From NCBI GenBank assembly GCA_008690995.1, contig VRMN01000002.1, positions 1,736,001-1,800,000 of the forward strand: DNA of 64,000 bases, read 5' to 3'. This stretch comes from Porphyridium purpureum. Lineage: Eukaryota. The position numbers and the translations under genes were made by a program. Below are positions 1-10,900 of the stretch, piece by piece; position 1 is the stretch's first letter, and each line of letters opens with the position of its first letter. The notes beneath the pieces are model-generated. The model had not been told where the DNA came from and ran no database searches. It saw nothing but the letters and a program-made list of their open reading frames with translations.

Positions 1-458
1 GTTACGACGAGCGCCAGAATGTCGTGCTGCAGCGCAAAGAATCGGCCGAGCAACGCATACTGCCAAGTATTTCCGCTTCCCCAAGCGCCACCGTGCACGA
101 ATACGACAACTTTGCGACGATCACATCGACACGGCTCGCGGTGCGGCAGGTAGATGTCCAACACTTGCCTGTCGTGCGGACGGGCCGCATCAGAGTCCTT
201 CGCGTCTTCTTCTTCATCGCTACAGATATCATCTGAAACGATTTCGGCGGCGTATGAAACCCCTTTGTGGAGAAGACCAGACCAAGGCAGGACGATGTAA
301 TACTGAACAAGAAGGCGAACGCCAAGCCACACGTTCTCCAACCCCAGATTTTGAACCACAAGCACGAGAAAGAAGAGCACAAACCGAGCCCGCGCGCGAG
401 CGGAGTCCAGCTTGCGCCACGTAGCGACCACTGCCGCTGCTACATGCGACATGGACAT
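1..458 (-). CDS. alpha/beta-hydrolase (carboxylesterase / isoprenylcysteine methylesterase-like), 5' part; runs off the window edge
   Basis: Not in the ORF track because there is no stop in the window. Manual translation from ATG 458: MSMSHVAAAV...FVLFFLVLVV...QVLDIYLP...KVVVFVHGGAWGSGNTWQYALLG. LDIYLP plus the HGG oxyanion motif is typical of this family. Confidence 0.8.
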   Translation of the reverse strand, partial: MSMSHVAAAVVATWRKLDSARARARFVLFFLVLVVQNLGLENVWLGVRLLVQYYIVLPWSGLLHKGVSYAAEIVSDDICSDEEEDAKDSDAARPHDRQVLDIYLPHREPCRCDRRKVVVFVHGGAWGSGNTWQYALLGRFFALQHDILALVV

Positions 459-487
459 AACAACGCTTCCTCACCACTTTTACAATT

Positions 488-832
488 TCAATGCTTTTTC
501 TCTAGCGCCTGGAGTACGCGGTGCTGCGCGTCCATCGCCTTCTGACGAAGTTTAGCCAGACGCCGAGCTCTCTTGTCGCCGCGCTCTCCCAACTTGGAGG
601 TTTGCTTGCCCTTCGTGTGCTCTCCCTCGAGCAAAAGAACCGCCTGTTGTGTCCGCCTCGCACGGATACTGCGGATCATCTGTTCCACCACTGTCGGCGG
701 CTGCGTTGAGGCCGGGCTCCCTTTCGAAGGCTTGACCTGCCTCGTCTTCTTGGCCTTCTTTCGCGATCGACCTTTATTGAGCAAGGCAACCTGGCGCGCG
801 ACGCGCGAGCTTCCTTGCGTGGTGCTTTTCAT
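488..832 (-). CDS. small Lys/Arg-rich hypothetical protein (114 aa)
   Basis: ATG at 832 (MKSTTQG...); very basic; fills the gap between two genes on the same strand; no family recognised. Confidence 0.5.
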   Translation of the reverse strand: MKSTTQGSSRVARQVALLNKGRSRKKAKKTRQVKPSKGSPASTQPPTVVEQMIRSIRARRTQQAVLLLEGEHTKGKQTSKLGERGDKRARRLAKLRQKAMDAQHRVLQALEKKH

Positions 833-963
833 CCGCTTATAGACCAATACCGTTTAATGCCTTCCCAACCGCTACAAGGCGAAATAAACGTCCACCGGCC
901 GATCAAATGAACGTCGGTCTCGATTCCTTGTGACAGAACAAGTGGTATACCAGAGTCCTAGGG

Positions 964-2487
964 TTACCAGAATGTGGTCTGTGCGTCAGAGTAGTCAGCA
1001 TGCGTTGCCAGATCAGGGTGCGATGACTTCGAGCCGTACAAGCTCTCCTTCCTCTTGCGGCGTTTCAAAATGAAAACTGCAATCAGAATGAGTCCAATCA
1101 CAGCTAGCGTCACAAAGGCTCCAATCACGCCTGCAACGACGGGGCTCATTCCCCCAGAATCCGGGTCGCCATCCACCAGGCACAAGGTGACCTGGTCCTC
1201 GTTAGATATTTGGCACGCAGAGCACCACTCAGAAACAGAGCGGGCTTGTCCAGCAATAAGCTCCAGCATGCTTGCGGAATTGCAGAACGCATCGTTCTGG
1301 TTGCACACTGGCAAGCCTACGTAGCTCCACTCAAAATCTGAGAGGGAAGCAGTCAGAGCTTGGTTTCGAATGTAAACCACACGTAGCGCCCGCTCGCCGG
1401 TGTCCCTATCCTGCTCAAACTGAATCACGACCGAGCCACCAAACGGCGGGATCTCGCCTGACACGCCAGATTCAGAATATGGAAGGCCGAGCCCCGCAAG
1501 CAACGAAAAGAGAGTCGGGTAATGTACAGAATAAGCCTTGAACTTTGGCACGTCCTGCCCGTCAAAGTAGCGGCTCAGATCACTGTGCAGGTCGTTCAGG
1601 ATAAGCGTGGCACCGAGCACGGTGGGCTGCACATTGAGCGAAAACTTGCGGGATTCTACGTAATCTGCAATGGAGCGCACCTCTTCAAATTCAGCCTCCG
1701 TCAAAGTCGGCATATTGCCAACACCAGTGACGTCCCCAAGTGCCGGATACGTTCGAGCGAGCAAGGCACGATCGTAAAGGTTCCACCAGTTCTGCATAGA
1801 CACGTCGCCGTTGATTGCGTACGGGGTGAACCGATTCCTAAAGTCCTTGGTTGAACTTTCGCGCGCCTTGAACTCTTCCGACCCAAACCACTCGAGCTGC
1901 AAATCATTGACTGCCGGGCAACTGGCGTATGCGCGAATCATTTCGTTGTCCAATAAGCTACTTCTGACGGGAACATCGTCTCCCGGCAGCAGACCCTCTG
2001 CAAAGGCTGCAGCACTGCGAAGTGTGCGCTGGAGGTTTGACGAAACAAAGCGATAGTCGTCATAGTTGTATTTGTCCGGCAAGTCGTATACTGTGAACCT
2101 GCCACTTTCCAGCTCACCGGTCACGTACAGCCCGCGCATGTACTGACCCAGCGCGCGCAACTGTTCCGCGCCTTGGTCCATCAGAATCGACTGCGTCTCA
2201 TTCTCCAAATCGGTGGCGCTTTTCCGCAAGTGCGAGCGCGCGCCGTGCCGATGGAAGACGCGCACCAGCCTGACTTCGCCAGACACAAACGCCGGACTCC
2301 ATAAACATAAGAGCGCTATCCCGGCCAAGCTCAAGGCTGCCCGTGTGCAGAGTGCGCTTTGCGTACGCCCGCACCCCATCGTTTGTTGCCTTGCCGCACA
2401 CACCACGCCGGCCCAGCACGCCGGCACCGTCGCGGACCCAGCGCTCGGAGCAGCTAGTCCTGCAACAGCTTCTCGGGAAACAGACAT
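964..2487 (-). CDS. histidine acid phosphatase family protein, signal peptide plus C-terminal TM anchor
   Basis: RHGxR motif (FHRHGARS), SSNLQRTLRSA, C-terminal TM (VVAGVIGAFVTLAVIGLILIAVFIL) then KRRKRK. Alternative start at 2379. Confidence 0.85.
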   Translation of the reverse strand: MSVSREAVAGLAAPSAGSATVPACWAGVVCAARQQTMGCGRTQSALCTRAALSLAGIALLCLWSPAFVSGEVRLVRVFHRHGARSHLRKSATDLENETQSILMDQGAEQLRALGQYMRGLYVTGELESGRFTVYDLPDKYNYDDYRFVSSNLQRTLRSAAAFAEGLLPGDDVPVRSSLLDNEMIRAYASCPAVNDLQLEWFGSEEFKARESSTKDFRNRFTPYAINGDVSMQNWWNLYDRALLARTYPALGDVTGVGNMPTLTEAEFEEVRSIADYVESRKFSLNVQPTVLGATLILNDLHSDLSRYFDGQDVPKFKAYSVHYPTLFSLLAGLGLPYSESGVSGEIPPFGGSVVIQFEQDRDTGERALRVVYIRNQALTASLSDFEWSYVGLPVCNQNDAFCNSASMLELIAGQARSVSEWCSACQISNEDQVTLCLVDGDPDSGGMSPVVAGVIGAFVTLAVIGLILIAVFILKRRKRKESLYGSKSSHPDLATHADYSDAQTTFW

Positions 2488-2639
2488 AGAGTGAAAGCTG
2501 CGCAAACAAATTACTCAGAAATTACCTGATCTTCTACGTAGGGTCACTTTATTATGGAAAAGGTGTCACATTGCAAACGAATTTTCAAAAAACCATCGCG
2601 GGATTCTCGCTGAGCACGTGTCTGTGTTTGGGTATTGGT

Positions 2640-3680
2640 CTAACGCGCCACACCAAAGCTCTTGTAGGTCATGCCGATGAACAAGTCCTTGTTCTTGACG
2701 TTGATGAAAAAGGGGACGGACGTGATACCCAGCGGCGTCTGCGCAACCCCAGTCTTGGGCCCGGTCGACACAATGCCTCCCGGAGGATGGGTCTTGTACG
2801 TCTTCAGCGGCTTGCCCCGCGCGACGGCGACCATGTTCTTTGTGCATGTCTTCGCCTGCATCATCGCCGAGTACCCCTGCTTGCCTTCGGCGACGTTGGC
2901 ACAATCGCCAATGGCAAAGAGATGCTCGTAGCCATAAATTCGCAACTTGTCGTCCACGGTGATGCGCCCGTCCTTGTCGAGCTTTGAAGCAAAGCTGGCC
3001 TGCATGAGCTCGGTGTTCGGCAGGTAACCGACGCATGTGTACACCACGTCTGCCTTCTTGTACGCCTCGTCCTGTTTGCTCAAGCGCTTGCTCAGCAAGA
3101 CGTTCACATTCAGCGCCTGCAAATTTTTCAGGGCAACGGCGCTTGCCTTGGGGCTCAACCCAGGAAGCAGGCGGTCGGTACCATGAGCCAGAGTGACTGA
3201 CTTGTCTGGAAACTTGAAGGCAATTTCGCCCGCCAGCTCCACTCCCGTTGGGCCACCGCCAATGATCAAGACTTCCTTCGCTGCGTGCAGACGTTCGTGC
3301 TCGGCGGAGACCTCGGCCTTGCGCTCAACGATCGTGGTCGTCTTCCACCCTTTCGCGTAAGCGAGGTCCTTGTACGAGGCGCCTGTGGCTACGATCGCGA
3401 AATCGAACGGCACGCGGGAGCCGTCCTTGAGCTTGACGCTCTTCTCCTCGAGCTCTGCCACCTCTCCATGTTGGAATTTGCACTTGAGCAGCTTGGCATA
3501 ATGCATGCGCTGGCGCTCACCCAACGCCGGGTCCACCAGCACGCGATTGGATGCGTACGTGACCTCAAAGTAGTCCTTTCTGTCCACAAGAGTCACGTTC
3601 TTGAACCCGGCCTTCGTCAGTTCGTGTGCCAGCACGGCGCCGCCCGAGCCGCCTCCGATGACTACCACCTGCTTATCCAT
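2640..3680 (-). CDS. FAD/NAD(P)H oxidoreductase, AIFM2/FSP1 (AMID)-like
   Basis: VVVIGGGSGG, AIVATGA, LIIGGGPTGVELAGEI and FAIGD motifs; ATG at 3680 (MDKQVVVIG). Confidence 0.85.
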   Translation of the reverse strand: MDKQVVVIGGGSGGAVLAHELTKAGFKNVTLVDRKDYFEVTYASNRVLVDPALGERQRMHYAKLLKCKFQHGEVAELEEKSVKLKDGSRVPFDFAIVATGASYKDLAYAKGWKTTTIVERKAEVSAEHERLHAAKEVLIIGGGPTGVELAGEIAFKFPDKSVTLAHGTDRLLPGLSPKASAVALKNLQALNVNVLLSKRLSKQDEAYKKADVVYTCVGYLPNTELMQASFASKLDKDGRITVDDKLRIYGYEHLFAIGDCANVAEGKQGYSAMMQAKTCTKNMVAVARGKPLKTYKTHPPGGIVSTGPKTGVAQTPLGITSVPFFINVKNKDLFIGMTYKSFGVAR

Positions 3681-5085
3681 GACTACCCCAGAATCAACGA
3701 AGAATTGGCGTCTCCAAGCAGCGTATCGTGAACTTTCCCGATCCGAAGCCAAGCCCGACATGCATTGTCGCGGTAAATGAATGCGCTTTCTCAAACCAGG
3801 CCGACTTTCAGCTACGACCTGTGTTGCGCAGCCATCCCTTGAATGTCACATCAATCAACACGTATAAATGTGCCGTTCCTGCAGCGCGTGCGACTTGGCG
3901 TCAGACGCGAGAAAAGGAACACGTTCGGAGACACAGTCACTGGGCACATCCATTTTCTCGCGTTTCGAGTGTCTCTATAAATCGTCTTGACTCCTGTTCA
4001 GCTCGGTTCAGCAGACAGTCAATGGATTGTGTATCGCCATATGACAGAGTCAACAATCCGGGCAGAGGTTTGCGATGAATTGAAAACAAAGCCCGCGCCA
4101 GCAGTCGCTAGAGACACAAACGGGCGACAACCAACATTGAAGAAACGAGGCCGCTGCTCCTCTTCGCGTTACAGGCGCCGCACCGGCTCCCCCATCCTTC
4201 TTTGCCACGTGACTCGCACCGACATCGCCGCTCTGACGCCTCAAAAACGGTAGTGGCCAATAACCCAAAAAGTACTGTGTCGCTGTACTTCAGTTGTCTT
4301 TAAAGCGGGTACAGCGTCTGGACTGACTCACTGTACTTTCGGTCCGCCCGTGAGTGGCCTTTGTCGGGAGTCTCGCGCGTCACTTGTCAGACCCACATCC
4401 GCACGCATGCCCCCACATCGAGCTTTTCCATCCTGCGCTGCTTCCCTACTCCTGGCCACGCTCAACGACGGTCCACACACACCCCGGGACGCTTGCTTTC
4501 TCCCGGCCGTTGTGCGGCGACCGATCCACACGCACAGCGCACATCCACCGCCATTCTAGCGTCGGCTCGCCCCTTCCCGGTTCCGGCATTGAACCGATAA
4601 ACCGTGCCGCCGCATGCTTGTGTCGCGCAGTGGGCGGGCGGCGCGAGTCGCGTTCATAGACAGGAAGCCCGTTTTTATTAGATGTTTTGCGTTTTCTACG
4701 TTGCGCGGTAGGACCAGGACGCGCGCCCGAGGCAAAGCGGTTTGTTTGGTTCGTCCGAATCATGATGAGCTGGCAGTGCGGTATTGAAGTTGAGAGCAAG
4801 CGACAGAACAGAACTTTTGATTTGGAAGAATGGAGAAGGGCGAGGGACGGGAATAAAAGGGTGGTTGCGGTGGGGGGTGGAAGAGGGAAAAGATAAAGAG
4901 ACAGGAGGCGGAGGGTAACAGCGTGGCGGTTTTACGTGTGAGTGTGGAAGGGCCAGCAGTTAGATTGGGTGTTAGAAGAGTGTACGGGAAACGAGCGGGT
5001 ATAAGTGCGCCGGGGTTGTTTGGGAGGGGCTGGGGATTTGGGATTGGGGTGGTGAGGGAGTGGACGGTGTGGGAAAAAGGACAAG

Positions 5086-5445
5086 ATGACGACGACGGGA
5101 GGATTTGCCACGTTCCGTAAGACATGGATGAAGGCCGAGGCGTACCCGGTGATTGCCGCGACGCTGGTGGCCGCGGGGCTCGCAGGATACATCATTGGAA
5201 AGAAGGCGTTTGGTGATCCGGCCGTGGGGCTCAGCAAGCCCGCGCGTCTGGGCGGTATCGATGGCATGTACGCGAACCCGGTCAAGAACCAGAACCAGCT
5301 CGGGTTCTGGGAACAGTGGAAGTCGCAGCCATATCGCATCTTTGGACGCAGCGAGGAAAGCACCAATCCTATTTACGAGGCTAAGCGTCAGCCTTCAAAG
5401 CTTCGCCCGGTCGACTTTGAGGCATCTGCGTCCGTGCGCGAGTGA
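5086..5445 (+). CDS. B12D / NDUFA4-like small mitochondrial membrane protein
   Basis: W-x-K-AEAYPVIAA, one TM, then DPAVxLSK; resembles the B12D pattern WxxPEVYPLxxA...NPxV. Confidence 0.65.
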   Translation: MTTTGGFATFRKTWMKAEAYPVIAATLVAAGLAGYIIGKKAFGDPAVGLSKPARLGGIDGMYANPVKNQNQLGFWEQWKSQPYRIFGRSEESTNPIYEAKRQPSKLRPVDFEASASVRE

Positions 5446-5840
5446 GCCTTGAGCGGCATTTGCCCGCGGTGTCGCCGGCGGCCACTGGTTGCCGCTCCAA
5501 GTGAGGCATCGTAGCTGCCGGGCAAGGGCTGTGGTAGATTGGAGCCTCGTCCCTGACTGACTTATCAGAATCACGTGTCCTTTAGTCGGTCTGTATGTTG
5601 TGTACGAGATGGAATGAAAGAATGTGCTTCTAATTTGGGAATCTCCAGAATTGACCGCGCTGAGTGATCCTCCTCCCGGATCGTCGGCGAGCCCTCTTCG
5701 CACGAATTCGGCCAGCAAAAGTAATTGGAACTAAGGTTAGTTTCGTCCAAGTCACTGCCAAAGATCGAAGGGTTGCAGTCATAGTCGGAACCGAAGTAGG
5801 CTGCGACGCTCTTTCGACTGAAAGCTTGGCTGCAGGCGCG

Positions 5841-6395
5841 ATGCAGCCGCCAAGCTTCCCGCCACGCATGCCTGGCGGGATGCCAGGCACCGGCGGCGGT
5901 TTTGAAGGCATGACGGACGAGGAAAAGGCGCGTGCGCTGGGAGCGATGCAGGCGACGAAATTTTTGAATGCGGTCGGCGAGTCATGTGCGTTCAAAGCAC
6001 TTCTATCGACGGTAGCAGGGGGAGGTATCGGGCTGTTTTTCGGGCTGTTATTTGGTGGTTACGCGCAGGCTGTGGACGAGGCAGTCGAGTCCAAGGGCAC
6101 CACAGTCCAGCGCTTTCGTGTCGGATTCAAGTCTGCCGGTCGCGCAATGGGCAGCTACGCGAAGAGTTTTGCGATCTGGGGCGCAGTTTTCTCAAGCTCT
6201 GAGTGTGCGATCGAATCATACCGTGCCCGGCACGATATCTGGAACTCAGTTGCTGCGGGCTGTGTGACGGGGGCGACGCTCGCATCCGCGCCAAAGCAGT
6301 CAATAGGAGCCAAGGCACGCATCCAGCAGATGGCCGTGGCGTGTGCTGGCATGGCGGCCTTTTCAGGTGCGATCGACCTGTACATGGATAGGTAA
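5841..6395 (+). CDS. TIM22: mitochondrial import inner membrane translocase subunit Tim22
   Basis: ESCAFK...GGGIGLFFG, AKSFAIWGAVFSSSECAIESYRARHDIWNSVAAGCVTG; both conserved Cys present; ATG at 5841. Confidence 0.85.
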   Translation: MQPPSFPPRMPGGMPGTGGGFEGMTDEEKARALGAMQATKFLNAVGESCAFKALLSTVAGGGIGLFFGLLFGGYAQAVDEAVESKGTTVQRFRVGFKSAGRAMGSYAKSFAIWGAVFSSSECAIESYRARHDIWNSVAAGCVTGATLASAPKQSIGAKARIQQMAVACAGMAAFSGAIDLYMDR

Positions 6396-6542
6396 CATTC
6401 AGACAACTACGCGCTAACAAGGTAACTTTGAAAATTTTATCGCCTGCCTTTTGTGTGTGTCTGTGTATGTGTGTTTTCCTGTCGACGTCTTCCCCTTTTC
6501 CGCCTTCCGAGCCCTGTCCCGGATGAGAAATTTCAAGAAAAA

Positions 6543-7355
6543 TCACACCACTCCGAGCTGCGGTTTTCTTTTCATTGGAAGGGGCGCGTTGTCGAGCAGC
6601 GCGACAATGTCTCGTTCAATGGAGTGCGGTAGAATTCCGGGCTTGTATCTGCGCACTACCTGGCCGTCCTTGTCGATCAAAAATTTAGCAAAGTTCCACT
6701 CTATCCGCTTCGAATCATCCGGGTTGTTTGTCTTCAGGAACTTGTAAACCGGGTCTGCTGTGTCTCCGTTCACATCGACCTTATCAAAAATGACAAACTT
6801 GGCACCGTACTGCTCACGCGCAAACTTGCATATCTCTTCGTTTGAGCCCGGCTCCTGATTCCCAAACTGGTTGCAAGGGAACGCTAGCACGTGGAGCCCG
6901 CGCGGCGCCAGACGATCGTACATCTCCGCCAGTCCTTCGTACTGTGTGGTCAGCGCGCAGTACGTCGCAACATTGACAACCAGAGAAACGCCGCCCTTAA
7001 ACTGCGCGAGATCCTGCACTTTACCGTCCTTGGTCGCCTGCAAATCATAGAATGTCTTTTTTTTGGAGACTCCATTTTCCGCCGCGAGCACGGCCCCCCA
7101 TCGCACCGAGGAGCTTGGAGCTTCTTCCACACCAAAGGCCGCCGTAACCCCGATCAAAGCCATCGCACTTTGCTGCAAGAATCGGCGCCTGTCTCTGTCC
7201 ATGAGTTCAACAATTTCTGTGGAGCTCATCCTTTGCGCCACGCGCGCCGCAGCGATCGGGCGGAATTGCTCCGCATTCCTGCAAGCCTTGTTTGGCAGCG
7301 CATGCCACGAAGCGTACGAGCCGACGCTCGCTCCGCTGACAAATGCAACGTTCAT
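6543..7355 (-). CDS. GPX: glutathione peroxidase family protein (Cys-type), plastid-targeted
   Basis: VNVATYC (TGC codon), LAFPCNQFGNQEPG, IEWNFAKFL; N-terminal MNVAFV transit peptide. Confidence 0.92.
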   Translation of the reverse strand: MNVAFVSGASVGSYASWHALPNKACRNAEQFRPIAAARVAQRMSSTEIVELMDRDRRRFLQQSAMALIGVTAAFGVEEAPSSSVRWGAVLAAENGVSKKKTFYDLQATKDGKVQDLAQFKGGVSLVVNVATYCALTTQYEGLAEMYDRLAPRGLHVLAFPCNQFGNQEPGSNEEICKFAREQYGAKFVIFDKVDVNGDTADPVYKFLKTNNPDDSKRIEWNFAKFLIDKDGQVVRRYKPGILPHSIERDIVALLDNAPLPMKRKPQLGVV

Positions 7356-7789
7356 AGCCTCTTCGTATCCGATCCACGTCTGCTGCCGCGCTACTCTCTT
7401 TCCTCAACCATAAGCTCCATATCTTCCAGTTTTGCGTGCACGCGAAGACACATGTTTCGGTTCGATGAGCGGTCACTTTTTGTTGAGAGAGTGAATGTCC
7501 CTGACCCGAACGTCAAGGTTGGCGTTTTCGTAAGGCAACATCCACTCTTAAAATCCTCTCTGTGGAACACCGACGCCGTATTCTACGGCATCACATAGTC
7601 GTCCGCCTGAGCAAATCATGGCGCGTGTTCAGCGTGTCCTCCCGTGTAGGTGCTTGCCCTGACATGGTCAGCATACGGCCTGGAAGTAAAGCTGCTAGCA
7701 CAGCAGCATGTCCAGAAGAAGGGCAAAAGGCGTGGAGCCATATTCGAGGACCGTGGCCCTCCATGTAAATAGAATGAAAGACAAAGACA

Positions 7790-8800
7790 AACTTTGTTCA
7801 ATATACAACAGCTTGATAGCGACAGAGCTCGAGCAGGTCGACCTTCGACATGAAACGCTTTATCAAAATGGTGCGGAAAGACCGCCTGGTGTGGACTCGT
7901 CCGCGGTTCCAAACCGTCTTCCCGCAATAATGCCAAAGTGGTGAGCCGTGGGGTTGCTCACACAAGAGAAAAGTCTTTCGAAATCATTCTCGAGCAGCAA
8001 ATGGTTTCGACACACGCGTCCAATTGCCGCGACCAGCTCGCTGGGACGAAGCACCATCTTCACGCTTTTGAGCAAAGGTAGTTCGACTTCATCGAATTTT
8101 CTTTGACCTGCTTATGTGTAGCGGCCTTTGGCAGACGCTACGGCCTTCCTCTCGCGCCGTGTTTGACCGCTCATATTGTCCTTGACGCGCACTGAAAACT
8201 TCTCCCACGATGGCCTTGCCACCTATGGAAGCGTCGTCACACCTCACCCCATGTAAGCGTGCCATTTTCGATTTTCATGTATACCTTGCGTCTTGCCCTC
8301 GTGACTCACATGTTCACTCGCGTGCTGCGTGTACTCTTGCAAGTTATCCATGTCCACGGAAAGCTCCAAGTGCTTCGCAGAAATGCAGCTTTCGATGGAC
8401 GAGTTCGTCACAAAGGTAGATATCATGAGCGGCACTCCCATATTGTTGAGCAAAGGCAGCGCAGTGAAAAAGGCGGTCGGGTCCAATGTGTTGCAGAACA
8501 TCCCAGTGTAGAGCGTGAATGTAAACACGGCGATCAGAGACTATAGTGCAAGCAAAATCATCAGGACGACCGTCCGCAGCACGAGTAATTTGTTCAAGTT
8601 GGCCAATTCTTCGCATCACAACTTATCCACCTCCGAGAAAAACAATTTTTCCCGTATTTTAAGCCCGACTGCCTTGATACTTTGGAAAACTCCAGTTGAG
8701 AACTTGACGCGCGAGTCCGCAACCGATGCTATCTCGCGTGTCATCTGCGTCAGCATCGACAAATTTTGCCCTGCATTGGGATGGTTGGACCATTGCCGTT
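7790..8800 (-). pseudogene. degenerate ABCC/MRP-type ABC transporter fragment
   Basis: Colinear remnants: ADSRVKFSTGVFQSIKAV, a frameshift, EELANLNK...VFTFTLY...NTLDPTAFFTALPLLNNMGVPL...SIESCISAKHL, then LLKSVKMVLRPSELVAAIGRV (NBD start) and DFERLFSCVSNPTAHHF. Stops near 8616, 8541, 8244 and 8112. Confidence 0.7.
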
Positions 8801-9646
8801 CCCCTCCAGCTGAATTTTCTCCTCGGACGGACAGGGGCCTCGATCGTTATCACGTACTTGTCGTCATGCTCACCGAACAGGCTCGGAGGACTTGCGCGCA
8901 CAGGCCCCAGGAGACTGTTCGAGTCGTTGCGTGCACTTCCAAAAAGCGCGCCAAGCACATGATCAGTCAGCTCAAAGCTGCTTGCGCGGCTCGTCGGGTG
9001 TGCCAAGCGTGAAGAAACTGCTGGACGCGTCATCCAAGCCTTTCATGAAGCCGCGTGTATCGTCAGAATCTTTGTTGTCCCCTTCTCATTCCTCCTCCAG
9101 TTCTTCGTCGACGTCTACATTGTCGTTAGTCTACCCGCTGCAGATGGTCGCACGTGATGCACTTTCATCTCGATCAAGCTGGCGGCCATCCTTCGCGTGC
9201 ACACTTTGGCAAGTGTGTGTCGGCGCCCCCTTTCATGCTGTATTCCATCGAGTCATTTGTCAGACACGTGCACGTGTCTCTACCCCTTTCACAAATCTTC
9301 TGTTCGCACATCGACGTTGCATTCCTCACCGGTACTCGGAAACGAAGATTTCTTTCATGAAAAGAATATCTCTTTCACGTGTTTTCATGAAGACTTGGAA
9401 TGGGCACAGAAGGCTCTGGCTTCTCGCTTCGAGTGACAATGCCTGACTTCCTCTCGCTTGGTAGTGTCTGTTGTTTCGCCAAAAGCTCCGTACAAGCACC
9501 TTTGCATCCGCCTGTCAATTTGTGCCGGCAGAGCTTCAAGGACAGGCGCGCTCGCCAGTGCAGAGCCAGTAAAAGGTATCGAAGGGGTACAATAGGATAG
9601 ATTACGCTGGTCTAAAAGGAAACTGGTTGTGCGTTGTGCCAGAGGC

Positions 9647-10900
9647 TTATGTCAGAGTGCAAGCGATAGTGTCAGCATATCGTGCAATCCGGGCTGAATT
9701 GTTCAGTCGCTTGTCATTCGAAACCTTGAGCACACGCAAAGCAGCCTTCGAACATCTTTTCCACTGTGCTGACAATGGCAAGGCTAGCATGCGCTCGATG
9801 CCTCGAGTCCTGCACGGCTGGCTTATCATGACGCAATTTTCGGACACATTGTACTCGTCATTCATGAGGCTGACACTCCCTCCGTACATCGTGTATATAT
9901 ATTTTGGCGGCTGAGCCGGATCACCGGTCCCAACGCGGAAGCACTCGAGCAAGTCGATGTTGATATCTGCGAGTTTCTGGCTCACCGTATATTCTGCGAG
10001 CCCCGCAGTCGATTTCTCCGCTTTGTTGGGCCGCACACAGTCTTCGTTGCCTCCTTCGATTTCGACACTAGGGCACCGCCAACACATGAACATGGCGTCG
10101 CGCATAATTGCCACATTGAGACCTCGCTGCCGGATGGACTCCATTTCTGGAAAGTCGACTCGCACGCGGTTGCCAGTCGCGAACTCTCACGAAGACCCTG
10201 GTTTACCCCGGATGAGGCACGCGAGCGCCGTATGTTCAAGCAAAATCACCCACAAACCCTACGGTGCGCCTGGCCAACATGTTGCTTGACCATGTTCCTG
10301 CCCTCTGAGCATGACGGCGTGCACGGCAGCGGCGCGTCATCAAGCAACGTCTCGATGCGTACGGCTTGATCCGACATGCGGAAGGGGACTTTGAAGCGCG
10401 CCTCTAACTTGGCAAAGCTCGGATAATGTGCATTCAGCATCGAGCCATCGAGCACGCTCAACTAATCCATTATATCTTCTCAATGTCGAACATTCTCACG
10501 TCGCGTTCCTCAAGCCTTGATGTGGCATGTGTGTCGTCGCCATGCTGCAAGCTTCAGCCTTTGCTACGCTGCCGTTCCTTGACGAAAACCATCCTTTACT
10601 GATTCAGCGGCAGAAGCCCTTCCATCGCCAGAGCGCCCAGCCTCGTCCCAGCTCCAATCGCCACGCTCTGATTCTTGTACGACAGCCACGCGTACAGCTG
10701 ATCAATCGACATGCGACGCATTTCTCTCCTATACTTGAGTTGGTCTTCTGCGTGGCAGACCTGTTTCCCAAACCAATCGCACTCGAATCTGACAGACAAG
10801 GCGCTTTCAACCCGTAAGCGAATTTCAAAACTGGGCATTCCTTCGTCTCCAAGTTATGGCGGCCCCCAAGCAATCAATAACCGCTCGCCTCCTACTTCCC
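9647..10900 (-). pseudogene. possible decayed coding relic with a LicD/fukutin-like motif
   Basis: Broken ORFs (10596-10838, 10246-10461, 9647-10165). AWLSYKNQSVAIGAGTRLGALAMEGLLP resembles the LicD motif GTLLGAVRHxGxIPW. Confidence 0.3.

Noticed and set aside
6955..6965. Selenocysteine in GPX
   Set aside because: The active-site codon is TGC (Cys).
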